This document shows positions 1-12,665 of a DNA stretch of 64,000 nt, in pieces. A program made the position numbers and the translations under genes. Position 1 is the stretch's first letter. Every line of letters begins with the position of its first letter. The notes under the pieces were generated by a model. That model was not told the origin of the DNA. It did no database searches and saw only the letters and a list, made by a program, of their open reading frames with translations. The DNA lies in assembly GCA_002104905.1 (NCBI GenBank), contig MCFE01000443.1, forward strand, positions 9,790 through 73,789. The letters run 5' to 3'. This DNA is from Basidiobolus meristosporus CBS 931.73. Lineage: Eukaryota; Fungi; Basidiobolomycota.

Positions 1-2
1 AA

Positions 3-254
3 GAGGAGCAGCTTCAGTCGATTGAACACCAAATGAACAGCGCAGTGGACCATACAACCAATGCCAATACTCAGGTGGATACTGCCATTGGCCACGCCAG
101 GAGTGCAAGAAAGGTTGGTTGCTTCCTGATCATTGTAAAGCTAACCGTAACTAACTGTAGGAACTGTTTATAGAAAAGATGGTGTTTACTCATCCTCGCC
201 ATCATATTGATTGTGGCGATTATTTTGATTGTCTACTTTACTGTTAAGAAATAA
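3..254 (+). CDS. 3' end of a plasma-membrane-type syntaxin (SSO1/2-like t-SNARE), partial, intron 114-173
   Basis: Spliced translation EEQLQSIEHQMNSAVDHTTNANTQVDTAIGHARSARK/KRWCLLILAIILIVAIILIVYFTVKK*: SNARE helix followed by a C-terminal TM anchor; GT..AG intron. Confidence 0.85.
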
Positions 255-613
255 TTGAGCTTCACAATTCCCCGTTTCTTTTAATTTTTTAGTACTATTC
301 TTAATTCATGGTCCATTCATTTGATCAAGTTTTGTTTGTTATGTTCAATCCCAGCCACCAACCCCCAACCCAACCTAACATGCCGCGCCCATATAAACTC
401 ATCATCTACAATAAATCCCAGATGCAAGCCCACCTAATGCGCCAAATGCAAACAACCCACAATCGACGTAGATGTGTGATCATTGGTGAAATCAAAATTG
501 AAAAAAGATTTGATGATCGGGTAATTCTCATAAGGCTGAATATTCCAATGGGTCCAATCCTTCTCTTCTACTTTTTCGGGCAACTCATCCCTTTGCTTTA
601 ACCGTTAGTCAAC

Positions 614-1221
614 ATGGTATGTTCTTTACAATACTTCTACGCACCACTGAAGCGCAGCATACGGTGTTGGGAAAGCGCTCTTTCCACGCCTCTATCACAC
701 TCAAGAAGATTGCTCCCTTCACACTGATCTACATCCTTCCTCATCGGCATCCATCCATCCTACATCGATATCTAACCATCATGCATTCATAGGGTCGCGT
801 TCGTACCAAGACCGTTAAAAAGGCTTCCAGAGTCATCATCGAGAAATACTATCCTCGTCTTACTTTGGATTTCCAAACCAACAAGAAGATCTGTGATGAG
901 GTCGCCATCATTGCTTCCAAGCGTCTTCGCAACAAGATCGCTGGTTTCACTACCCATTTGATGAAGCGTATTCAACGTGGTCCCGTTCGCGGTATCTCCT
1001 TCAAGCTCCAAGAGGAGGAGCGTGAGCGTAAGGATAACTACGTTCCCGAATTCTCTGCTTTGGATACCTCCAACATCGAGGTTGATCCCGAAACTAAAGA
1101 GCTCCTCAAGGCTCTTAACATGGAAAACCTTCCAGGTGTTACTGTTGCCGCTCCCGCACAAGCCTTCGTTCCTGGTGCTAACCGTGGTCGTCGTGCCCCT
1201 AGAAGAAAGGCTGACCAATAA
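614..1221 (+). CDS. RPS17: 40S ribosomal protein S17 (eS17); ATG at 614-616, intron 617-792
   Basis: [53 protein letters not shown]...; GTATGT donor directly after ATG, CATAG acceptor. Confidence 0.97.
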
Positions 1222-1575
1222 ACTGTTATTTAGTTATTTTAGGTGATTTCTTTAATCTCAATAAAAACGAAACCTAGAAACACTAAGCTTTTGGGAATAC
1301 ATGTTGATTTGTATGTGTGAAGTCTGGAGCACCGGTCGGTTGTGTAGAGGGTCTACTGGCTGTGTATGCGTTGGATGGCGTGCTGATCATTTGTATGGCG
1401 GTTGCACAGTGGTAATATCATGGCGAAATCTAGCGACTGGTAGGCCAATCTTTTCAATCGATCGTTGCATTTGGAAAAATTCGTATTGAAACATTAAATA
1501 ATAACAATGATCTAAACCAGTTCATTGAGAGTGCCTTTACTTCATTGAACATACCTTATTTTTTCATAGAGAAAT

Positions 1576-2991
1576 ATGAATCAGATAGCCAAGTTCGACG
1601 CTAATCACGAGGATCTCATACACGACATCGCTTATGACTACTACGGGAAGAGACTTACTACTTGCTCCTCAGATCAAAAGCTAAAGGTTTGGGATTATGA
1701 CGATGAGACCGGTCAATGGGAATTGAATGAAGTTTGGAAGGTTAGATTGACTCGATTCTCGTTACCTTTGACCTGTATTGAGCGTGAAGTTGCTAGGCTC
1801 ACGACTGCTCCATTCTGAAAGTGGCCTGGGCTCACCCGGAGTTCGGTCAAGTTATTGCCTCTTGCTCGTTTGACCGTTCAGTTAGAATCTGGGAGGAGCA
1901 AGAGCATGGTAAGCCCTGTCTTTGGTGTTTGATTTTCGTCGTCTTCTAAAGCGCCGCGTTGGTTGGATCGATAGAAGCGAAGAATAGTGGTAGACGCTGG
2001 GTAGAGAAAGCTAGGCTGGTAGACAGCCGTGGCTCTGTACAAGATATTGAATTTGCACCTAGTCACCTCGGCCTTAAACTGGTATTTCTATTGTGAAAAC
2101 TTTTCAGCTGTACGTACGCGATAGTATTTAACTGGAATTGCTAGGCCACTTGTGCTGCTGATGGAATGGTCCGAATCTATGAAGCCATGGAGGTGGTGAA
2201 TCTTGCACACTGGACTTTGATGGAAGAGTTTGAAGTATGCTCAGGGGGCAGCAAAGAGGCTGATGGAAATTATTGCCTCTCTTGGTGTCCGTCCAGATTC
2301 CAGCCTCAAACAATGGTGGTTGGCTGCGCCAAAGAGAACACAGCAAAGGTACAGTCTGAGAGGAAATTTATGCAATCACTGTTTCTCTAACGACCAGCCT
2401 TGTGATTTAGATTTTCCGCATGGATCAGAATAATAGATGGCAGGCATTTGAGACCCTTACAGGACACGAAGGGGTTGTTCATGATGTCAGTTGGGCACCC
2501 AACCTGGGAAGGTAAAGGTTGCACTCTCAAGGGAGGAAAACGAATCCACACTAATTCAAGGGCCAAATTTCCAGAAGCTATCAACTAATCGCCACCGCCT
2601 CCAAGGATCAAAATGTACGAATCTTCAAGCTGACAGACGAAGGAGGACCCGGTGCCATGAACAAGCGTTGGAGGGTTGAGTTGGTGGCAGTGTTCCCTGA
2701 CCACAAAGCCGAGGTGCTTTCAATTCGTATGAACTATCATTGGGTTTACATCACTAATATTGATATCAGGTATGGAAGGTTGAGTGGAATGTCACTGGCA
2801 CTATTTTGTCATCCTCTGGTGATGACGGTAAAGTTAGACTATGGAAAGGTAAGGTCTTCTCATTCGCATGGTCCCAGGGTGAGCGGTAATTTGACCCGCG
2901 GTTTTTCTTTTCCTTAGCCACCTTCGGAGATGAATGGAAATGCATGAGTGTTATCTCGGCTGAACAAGACAATGAGTATATGGAGCGTTAG
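1576..2991 (+). CDS. SEH1: Nucleoporin/SEA-GATOR2 WD40 protein Seh1, multi-exon
   Basis: [30 protein letters not shown]...[34 protein letters not shown]; Sec13/Seh1-type WD40 repeats. Confidence 0.9.
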
Positions 2992-3254
2992 CCATTTGTA
3001 TAGATTCGAAAAGTTGGCATGTATTAAAGTAATTCATTCGAAAATAAATTTTCATAATACCTTTTGCATGCATTATGCAGTGTAGTACCTTCAAACCTCT
3101 TAAATCACGAGTGAACGATCCCAAATTTTGAATGGTAAAAGCCACATAGTTGCTACATCATCAATGTTTTAATTCCACTCATTTTGCCATAAAATAAGTG
3201 TTAGTTGAGTTCGGAGTAGACGGTGTTTACATTAAAGACCAAGTTGAAGCTGCC

Positions 3255-6010
3255 ATGTCCGCACCACATCTGGGTCACACTTCTTTGAACATAAATGCCT
3301 TACGAGACTTGTCTAGGAAAGAGCTCACGGATGTTCTCGATTCTGTACGTGAGAGTTTGCTTATCATCTTACGAATTCCCGTCTTTTGATTACTGTGTAG
3401 AGGAGGCCCGTTGGAATTAACCAAACTAATATTTATTCCTGCGCCAGGCAAGAGGGAAAAAAACCTTGGTGCTCGATCCGAATCTAAGCGGCCCCTTAAG
3501 CTTAATAACGGAGTTCAGTTTGCTGAAGGTAACGAGGTTATCTTTAGAATTAGCAATTTGCGAGCACGAGCACGAGCGCTAAATCTCGTTTGTCGGCTGG
3601 CCTTGTCTTAACAGGAACATGGAGTCGAGAAAATCTTTTATCTCCAATCGGGACCCTTGGAAACAGAATCCTCTAGTATAATTTATATCTGTCGCCCGAA
3701 CATTCAATATGTTCGTTACATAGCAGGTAGCCTTTATGTATTGTACCTTGAAACCAACGAACAGGGTAGATTATGAGGCCTTTCACTTTTAGAGCATGTC
3801 AAGCAGCTTAGTGACACTGGAAAAAACTTCAACCTCTTCTTTGTTCCCAGAAGAACCATGATATGCGAGCGCTTATTGGAGGAAGAGGGAGTTTATGGAG
3901 ATATCCTTGCCATGCATTCTTGACGCCTTCAGGACAAAATCGATTGCTTTTCATGTTCCTTAACTAAACGACACATATCACAATTGGTGAGTATCACCTG
4001 GATCTGATTCCGTTCGAAGACGACCTCCTATCGCTTGAGCTGGACAATTCTTTCAAGGAGCTTTATTTGGTAGGCTTTGTATTGTATGGACATCGGCTAA
4101 GCCGTTCGCTTAAAGTAACGCTCTGTAGGATGGGGATAACACCTCTATATATTACGTCGCTCGAGCCATCATGAGGTTACAGTCTGTTTACGGGTTTTTC
4201 CCAAGGATAATCGGCAAAGGAGATTGTGCAAAGGTTAGTCCTGATGCAACAACACCCCAGAGTTATTGAAATACTCTAATACTCTACATTTAGCTTCTCT
4301 CCGATATGCTATTGAGAATGAGGCGTGAGATGGCTATAGATGATCCTTTGGTCACTCAGAGCATGTCTATTTCCTCCAACATCGATTCCCTAGTAATCGT
4401 TGATCGTGCATCCGATCTTGTAACCCCTCTTTGCACTCAGCTCACCTACGAAGGGCTGGTCGACGAATACTTTGGAATCAAGAACAGTAAGACCATATAT
4501 ATAGCACAATAACGGGTGTACTATGAGGCAATCTAACCTAGATACAGCCTTCGTTGAGGTCGACGCCGCAGTTGCACCGAGCTCCCCCAACCCAGCTGGC
4601 TCTTCATCAGGAGCGGCCAACCCACCCACTAACAAGAAAAAGAAGGTTCCTTTGAATTCATCGGACAAGTTGTTTTCGGAAATCCGAGATATGAACTTCG
4701 CAGTGGTGGGAAGCGTACTCAACAAGGTGGCCAAGCGTATTAACGAAGATTACGAGGTATTCTGACTGTAGTTGAAGGAGCAGCGCTCTGATTTCTAAAT
4801 GAATATTCAACCGGGATAGGGCCGTCACCATGCGAAGACAGTCGGGCAAATCAGAGAGTTTATCGGGAAGCTTGGAGGCTTACAAAATGAACATTTGTCT
4901 CTAAAAACACGTATCCTTCTGAACCCAACCTCAACTAGTTGTTTGGAATTCAAGTTATTTCCCCGTGACTTTTTCACAAGATACCACACTAGCTGAGCAG
5001 ATAATGAGCTGCACTACATCAGAAGATTTCAATCGGATGCTCGAAGTCCAGCAAAGTAAGGTCACGTTTAGTACTATCCATGAGGGAGCTCTACTCAAGC
5101 AAACGCCAAATCTAGACTTCACCGCTGGATATGATACCAACACCCAAAGCCCATACATCGAAGAGCTAATCAATCGACAAGCACCGCTTCTTCAAGTCTT
5201 GAGACTTCTCTGTTTGCAGTCATTGGTGAATAACGGACTGAAATCCAAAACCTACGATTTCTTTCGGAAGGAGATTATCCAGGTAGGAAGATGCTCTACG
5301 GTGAATCTTCATGCCCGCTAATCAATGGAATCTGGTAGACCTATGGCTATGAGCATATCGTGACCCTTCATAATCTTGCCAAGGTTGGTCTTCTCAAGAT
5401 TCAAGATGTAAATAGGAATCCCTACCCTCAAGTGCGCAAATCACTGCGGTTGATCGTTGATCAAGTCGATGAAAGAAGCCCCAACGATATAGCTTACGTG
5501 TACTCAGGATATGCCCCTCTCAGCGTACGCCTGGTCCAATGTGTTTATCGTAACACGGCACCGACCGTGCGTAATGCAGTCGGTGTCGGGGCTGGTTGGA
5601 AAGGCCTCGAGGATGTCATCCGGATGATCCCTGGAAAAATGTTTGACGAGGTTCAGCCTGTAGAAGATGGAATAGCTCGGACAGTCAAAAGTAATACAAA
5701 CAGCGTCATGTAAATGGGTTTCCCACTCTAACCGGTTTGTCGCTAGGATGGAACAAGTCTGGTCAACCAAGAATCTCAATAGTACTGTTCCTCGGTGGTT
5801 GCACTTACACAGAGATTTCAGCAATTCGTTTCTTGTCCCAGCAGGAAGAAGGTGATTGTTGTTGTTGCTATATCTTGACGAAGACCAGTACTAATGCCAA
5901 TGCCAATGCCAATGCCAATACCAGGTCGAGAATATGTCATTGCCACCACACAGATCATCAATGGAAATACTCTCCTGGACCCGCTAATCGAGAAGGTTAA
6001 TCATGATTAA
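3255..6010 (+). CDS. VPS33: Sec1/Munc18-family protein Vps33 (HOPS/CORVET), many short introns
   Basis: Exons give ARGKKTLVLDPNLSGPLSL, GVYGDITIGEYHLDLIPFEDDLLSLEL, SLVIVDRASDLVTPLCTQLTYEGLVDE, YVYSGYAPLSVRLVQ, IVLFLGGCTYTEISAIRFL. Confidence 0.93.
3901..3974 (+). other. U12-type (minor spliceosome) AT-AC intron in VPS33
   Basis: 5' ATATCCTT, branch site TTCCTTAAC (3956-3964), 3' AC; removal restores GVYG-D-ITIGEYHLDL in frame. Confidence 0.93.
4911..4980 (+). other. Probable U12-type GT-AG intron in VPS33
   Basis: 5' GTATCCTT; branch-like TTCCCCGTGAC about 12 nt before the AG; removal gives SLKT-H-TTLAEQIM in frame. Confidence 0.75.
5893..5922 (+). repeat. (AATGCC)n microsatellite inside the last VPS33 intron
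   Basis: AATGCC x4 plus AATACC immediately before the AG acceptor. Confidence 0.85.
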
Positions 6011-6340
6011 AAAATTGTTTGAAAGCGAATTAAATAAAAGCTGAATGTTGAGGCGCAGAGGTGACTTACGTCTTCTGACCCCAATCTTTCTATCTGGTGT
6101 ATCGTGAGATTGCTGCCGTGTTACGTGTGTGAGGGCACTTGACCAAAGGAAAGCCTTAGGATTGGTCATCGATTACATGACTCCTTCCTCGATCTCATTT
6201 GTGCATTTCTGTGACAAATCCACACCAACACTCCATCAAGTCGATTAAATTTATTAACGGCGAATTTACAAATTTGGTAGAAGACAAATTCGGCTATTAG
6301 ATATCATTGTAGCAGAAGGCCGAGATAGGGAATGCATTAA

Positions 6341-8551
6341 TTATTTGTACATGGCCTCAACCTCGGCCTGGTATTTTTGTACAACATCCCTTCTCTTCAC
6401 TTTCTGGGCGGCAGTTAACATATTATTCTCCGAAGTCCATTCGGAGTCACACAGGTATACGTTCTGAATGACCTCAGCGGAGGCTAATCCGGCCTTCTTC
6501 GCGATTTCCTTGAAAGAGTCCAAGACCCCCTTTTTCACTTCTTTGTGTTGGCACAGCTCATGAAGGGTCAACTTTTCGGCGTTGGCTACTCCCTTTTGCT
6601 GGGCGAGTTTGCGAAGTCGATCCTCGATGGGAACCACCAGGGCGACTGGGTGGTATTGGAATGAATCACCGTAGACGCATAGATTCTGCACATACAGCGA
6701 GGTTTTGTAGAGTGCCTCAAGTCTCTCGAGGGCAATATACTCCCCGTTTGCGAGCTTGACCAGATTCTTTCTACGATCGATAATGGCCAAGCTGCCGTCT
6801 GGTCTCCATTCACCAACATCTCCGGTCTTCAGCCAGCCATCCTCAGTCAACACTTCTTTGGTGAGCTCGTCATTGTTGAAGTAGCCCTTCATAACAGCCG
6901 GACCACGAACCCAGATTTCGCCTTGGGGTGGGTTATTGCGATGACTATATCCTGCTTCTTCAACATCCACCAACTTCATTTCACTGCACGGAACTGGTGG
7001 GCCACTGGTACCATAGGCAAAGTTACTGGGGCTCATGAGAGCGCACATGGCTGTGCCCTCCGTCATACCGTACCCTTGTAGGATTGGGCATACAGTCAGA
7101 CTAAGGAATTCCTGAGTCTCAACAGCAATGGGCGCGCCTCCCGACAAAGCAATCCTTAAACGACCTCCTGTTTGGTCTTTGATTTTCTTGAAGAAAATGT
7201 TGTCAATAAACTGGGTTGGGATGTGGAATTTGGTCAGCAGTTTCTTGATATACAAAGCCGCTCCAAATATCATGGCAGTGGCGCTGCCAGATGCGTGCAC
7301 CTTGTTTATAACCCCTTTGCGAATGGTCTCCCAAACTGCTGGAACTCCAGTCAGCACAGTGGGTCGCAATTCACGGAGATCACCCAAACAGTTCCGGACG
7401 GAGGCGTCAGTAAGCGTTCTGATAGATCCGTAACCCAAAGCAACTCCCCAATACATTACGGCATGCTCTACCAAGAATTCCAGAACATGGGCCAACGGGA
7501 GATAAGCCATGATTGTATCGCCAGGGCCAAGTATTCCCTTGAAAAGCTTGGAGGTCCCCGCAACTAGTTCATATCAGCAATCAGAAGGGGGTTCCATGAA
7601 GCATTGTTAAGTTGTACTTACTGCCAGCGACAATGTTAGCATGGGTGAGCATGACTCCCTTTGGAGCACCAGTAGTACCTGAGGTATACATAATACACGC
7701 AAGGTCTTCAGGGTTCGGGGGTTGATGATCAGCAGGATACTCGTTCCCAAGCTCTTTGACTTGGTCAAAGCTTCGAAGCTCAATGGTTGGGTTTGTGTTT
7801 CTGAAATTTTCAAGGGACCCAGCAGAGGCTTCTTCCATAAAAACAACATGCTTTAGGGAGGAGGCTTTGGAGGCAACGCTTGATGCAGTTTTCAACAACT
7901 CGGCAGTTGTAAACAACACAGTGATCTCCCCTTCATTCAAAGCGTGTAGCACCCCGTCCTCCCCTAGGGTGTCGTAGGCGGTCACCACAGTAATACTCTG
8001 CATGTAGCAGGCTATGTACATGAAATGTCAGTATCTGTTGTACCATGATAAAAACGATTGATCATACCTTGTGCCATCAGCATCCATTCAACGCTATATA
8101 TGTATAAGTGTGAAAGATCTACAACCATCGCACATACAGAGACATCTTACCTGGTCTTTGCAAAGAGAAGTACCTTAGCTTGAGGGCCCAGGCCTAGCTG
8201 AAGCAAGCCGGCGGCTAAGGAAGAGCAGATGTTACTGGCTTCTTTATAAGAATACCAGTTATAGTGGCTGAGTTGGAAATAATTCCACGTTTTAAGTTCC
8301 TCCTGGATCTCGCCGCCAACGTTTTTCTTGACAAGTTTCTCCTCGGATATGACTTTTACCACTTTACGGTAACCCAGAGCCTCCTGGTCCTGGTACGTAC
8401 GTGCACTATACTGGAGTACATCATACAGAGTAGCTATCTCAGGAATAGGCTGCTTCAATAAGTCATGCTGGGTCTCATAATAGCGGTGGGGTTTCCCAGA
8501 AGTAGGGGTTTCTTCGCCCACTGGAACGGAAAACACTCGACTCAAGACCAT
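6341..8551 (-). CDS. Long-chain fatty acyl-CoA synthetase (Faa1/Faa4-like), multi-exon
   Basis: AMP-binding motif [62 protein letters not shown]. Confidence 0.93.
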
Positions 8552-9072
8552 TTCAGAAAAAAGGAATAGATTGATGTCTACCGATTAGCAAGCCCTCGAG
8601 GTTTTATATCCGGAAGGGAGGCTTGATTTGATCCCACGGTCCTTTGGTGGTATCTGCCTTACATCCCAGCTATGTTTGATTTACCTTTTAATTCATTTAA
8701 ACAAGATGGGTGACTTGGTGCTACGTGAAGAATACCCGAGATAATTGATGTGACACGAATGTGCCACCGAACTGGCTCCTTTTGTTAGTTCGATCTACAA
8801 CCTTTGTCCAGAGAAAGAGATTTCCTATTGCCGCAAGGGCGACCAACCTCAGCTCCCCTTTCGATGGTGTGTGTAATTGCACTACTTTGCATTAAGAGAC
8901 ATCGGAATCATCGTTGAATCACTTCAAATAGAATTGATAAGACAGCGTCATCCAAACTTGCTTAAACTTGAATTTAGTCTTCAATCTGGTTTGGCTTGTG
9001 AGTGGTAAGAACCAACAAACATAAGAGATACCTGCAAGAATAACCCAGACTTCGTCATCAACGTCGCCTGAC

Positions 9073-10071
9073 ATGTCCGAACGGATGCAACTCGTTGAAA
9101 GTGCTGTGAAATTCCTTCAACTACCTGAAGTGCAAAGTAGAAATCCTCACCAGAAAATCGAGTTCTTGAGAAGCAAAGGTTTATCGAATGAGGAGATAAA
9201 AGAGGCAATTGCTTGTACTGGCCAGATAGAGCCAGTGGCTAGAGATTTCGAGATGGACTCTACTGGATCTATGCAAGCAGCTGAAGAGAATCGAGCTTGG
9301 GAATCGGCCAAGCAGATGCCTCAAAATACGCAAGTACAAACCAGCTTGGGAATGGCCCACGAAGGCAAACATTGGTACGATGTTTTGGCTTTTTCCAAGC
9401 CTGAACTCGGCCAGTGGAAAAGCTATTTGGCTGTGACTGCTGGCACCTTGGGAAGTGTGTATGGAATATATGGATTAATCAAGGTAGAGGGTTAGTCTAT
9501 TGCTTTAGGAAATACCCAGTATTTATTTAGCCTCGTACAGAGTTTTAGTAGCAAGAAAGGGGATAGTAGCCAGGGAGATAGTTTGACCGATACCGACGCC
9601 AAACCGTCATTAAAGAAACCCACTGGCCTTAAACTCAACGGAACTTCGTTCAGTCTTCACCCGCCTAGTGCGGAAGAACAACTTACCAACTTGACGTTAA
9701 CAACCGTAGCCTTACAAGGATACGTAGAAAAGCTCAGAGTTTCAATAACGAATCTTCAAAAGCAAGCAGCTACACGGGATCAAGAGTTCAAGCTTTTGGG
9801 TGCGCAATTAGACGAACTACAGCACTCCATACCACAGGTAAGAGGTGATAAGCATGGTACTAGTTCATCTAATTGATTCGTGGTATTCCAGATGCTCGAG
9901 AATCAAAAGGCCGCACAACATGCCATGGTGTCCAGCCTCCACGACGACTTGAAAGCATTGAAGAGCCTATTGGTCCGCCGAAGTACTCCCATAAGCTCAC
10001 CCAACATCGCCACCGGCCAAACACACGCCCAAGCCCAGCCCAATTCGCCACGAACGACTCGGAGCAAGTGA
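9073..10071 (+). CDS. PEX14: Pex14-like peroxisomal membrane protein (introns 9484-9540 and about 9838-9891)
   Basis: Pex14_N-like LVESAVKFLQLPEV...KIEFLRSKGLSNEEIKEA, hydrophobic segment, coiled coil, and SLHDDLKALKSLL motif. Confidence 0.72.
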
Positions 10072-10318
10072 CTATACATGGAATATTTTACATGTTTTGT
10101 ACAGTTTGAACTGATCTATAATGTCATGGAAGCCATATTCTTCGATGAACCCGTCCCCACATTCAGCGCATGAATTTGAGAAGCTGGTATTTGGTCACTG
10201 CAATGTCTTCGAAATCATCGCCCATTTGGATATCATTCTCTATATTACACTTGCATATCTTTATGTACTTCGACGAAGCGATTCTATGTTCTATTTGTTA
10301 TAAATAGCATCACATTAG

Positions 10319-10776
10319 CTAAACTTGCTCATACAATTCCAGTGGTAAATCGTCTGGGTCAGCGAAGAAAGTAAAACGCTGGTTTGTAATGGGGTCCACT
10401 CTAATCTCCTCCACGGCAATACCATGCTCTTCAAGTTTCTTAACTGCGGTGTCAATGTTATTGACTGCAAAGGCCAAGTGACGAAGTCCACAGGCCTCTG
10501 GGCGGGAGGTGCGTTTAGGCGGCGTGGGAAAGGAAAATAACTCGATCTGTGTACTGGAGTTAGGCACCTGCAGATCGAGTTTCCAAGAATCGCGTTCTGC
10601 GCGATACGTCTCCTCGATTATATCGCAACCAAGTATGCGTGTGTAGAAATCTATCACTTGAATTTAGCAAACGAAACGTGTGGCCAGTTAATCCCATCCG
10701 TACCTTTAGAAACTTCATAGTTGGAGCTGATGATGGCGACGTGGTGGACACCTCTAATGCAATCAGCCAAGCTCAT
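10319..10776 (-). CDS. VOC/glyoxalase-family protein of bacterial YaeR type; exons 10776-10704 and 10650-10319
   Basis: Spliced MSLADCIRGVHHVAIISSNYEVSKDFYTRILGC...YRAERDSWKLDL...IELFSFPTPPKRTSRPEACGLRHLAFAV...RFTFFADPDDLPLELYEQV; 53-nt GT-AG intron. Confidence 0.88.
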
Positions 10777-11396
10777 TTTAAAGCAACAATCAAAATTTGA
10801 CAGAAGTCAATTCTCCTTCTATCAATTAAATAATTAAAAATCATGATTGATTAGGTGGCCATATTGCTATTATGTAACATGAGCCATTATTGGGGAGCCG
10901 TGGAACAAATCATCCGCGTAAGCGCCTCTCTACAGCAGTCCAGCCACTATCTTGGCCAAATTAGGAAATGATAATGCTTTACTGATGTTGAGAAGTCAAC
11001 GAAGGTTGAACTCTTTGTCCGGCCATCAGTAGAGTAGTACTGAGCACTACACGTGGGAGATATCAGAATTGAGCATGGACAATGCTATAGAACATTATTC
11101 TTCGGATATAGCCTCTTAATTGCTACATAAGGCTTGTCAATATTGAACAAAGCATCAGGCATCACACCTAATAATGGATACCATGATAGTTAATCTTAGC
11201 CATGATGCTAACCGCATTCACGTATTTCTTGATTAATTCACATGTAAATCAGCCAAGTCTGAGTAGGCATAAAATCCGTGAAATTGATTTGAAAAAAGTA
11301 TAGATATTCAACGCGCTGCTAGGCCCTTTCTAAAGCCCTTTTTTTCTTACCGCCAACTTGAATCACCTTTGAGGTTTGGTTCAACTTTGTTATAAT

Positions 11397-12190
11397 ATGG
11401 CGGATTATCTTGCTTCTATCTATGGTACTGAGAAAGACAAGTAAGTGCCCCATCTATCCTGGAGCTTCATCTACCGCTGACAATAACCTTTGCACTGTAA
11501 TCTAGAGTCAACTGTTCATTTTATTTCAAAATTGGTGCCTGTCGACACGGAGATCGTTGTTCTCGAAAACACGTGAAACCCACATTTTCTCAAACGATCT
11601 TACTGAGCAATGTATATCAAAATCCCGCCCATGATCCTAGCTGCACCTTGAACGAGGAGCAATTACAAGAACACTTCGATCTATGCTACGAAGACATGTT
11701 TATGGAGTTGGCTAAATACGGGGAAATAGAGGAAATGAACATTTGCGACAATGTCGGCGACCACCTGGTTGGAAATGTATACGTTCGTTATCGGTACGAA
11801 GAAGACGCCGGCAAAGCAGTCGACTCGCTTAATCAAAGATTCTACGCTGGTAAGCAGAGGTAATTGGATGATTTTTTGCTGACATCGTACTAAATCGAGG
11901 TTTATTTAGCCCGACCACTCTATGCGGAGCTCTCACCAGTGACTGACTTCAGAGAGGCGTGCTGTCGACAATACGAAAACTCGGAATGTACACGTGGTGG
12001 CTTTTGCAACTTCATGCATCTGAAGGTGGTCAGCCGTAAACTGCGCAAGGATCTTTACGCTGCACAAAGGGCCACGCTGAAGGAAAACGGGCAAAACCAG
12101 AAGTACCAGAGCCGAAGCCGTAGTCCATCTCGTGAGCGGAAAAGCCGAGACCACCGAAGCTCACGTAGAAGCCGTGACGATCGTCATTAA
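11397..12190 (+). CDS. U2AF1: U2 snRNP auxiliary factor small subunit (U2AF35/U2AF1), 3 exons
   Basis: [40 protein letters not shown] domain, second CCCH finger (EACCRQY...[11 protein letters not shown]), RS tail. Confidence 0.96.
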
Positions 12191-12665
12191 GAAGGCTCTC
12201 CTTTAAACCAATTTCCAAAACAATTAAATACAACCAAATCCACTCACACTCAACCAACAGTGCGTCTTCTCCAAGACAACCATCACCCAGTTTATGTACT
12301 TGTTTGGTGAGATGCAATATGGTCTGGGAAAAGTTTTACACGCCCCCTTTCCCCACAAGTATCTTATGATCAACTATGAGCTTCCGCATAAACAATCTAC
12401 CTAGTTCCCAATCTAGCGGCAATCCTTCAACCCTCTCTTTACCTATATGTGACCATTTGTGGGTCTAGTATCATTGGCTGAGAATCTGGGTTGGAGTTTG
12501 TATCACCTCATACTTAATACATACAAATACTTGCCTAAACCAATGCCAAGATGCGGTGAAATTAAACTTTCGGAGCTATTCCATTTCCGCAGCAGAATCA
12601 CGGATGTATATAACATATTTCCAGATAACAACAGTGCCTCAGGTTTACCCCCCCCCTTCCTGCCA

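Noticed and set aside
617-792. Intronic snoRNA in the 176-nt RPS17 intron
   Set aside because: No C/D boxes and no convincing H/ACA double hairpin; longer introns are ordinary in ribosomal protein genes.
10968-11043. Box C/D snoRNA candidate (ATGATAA...CTGA with a stretch complementary to LSU rRNA UACCCUACUGAUG)
   Set aside because: C box is mismatched, there is no terminal stem, the guide has an internal mismatch and I know no methylation at that site; compatible with chance. A snoscan/Infernal run would settle it.
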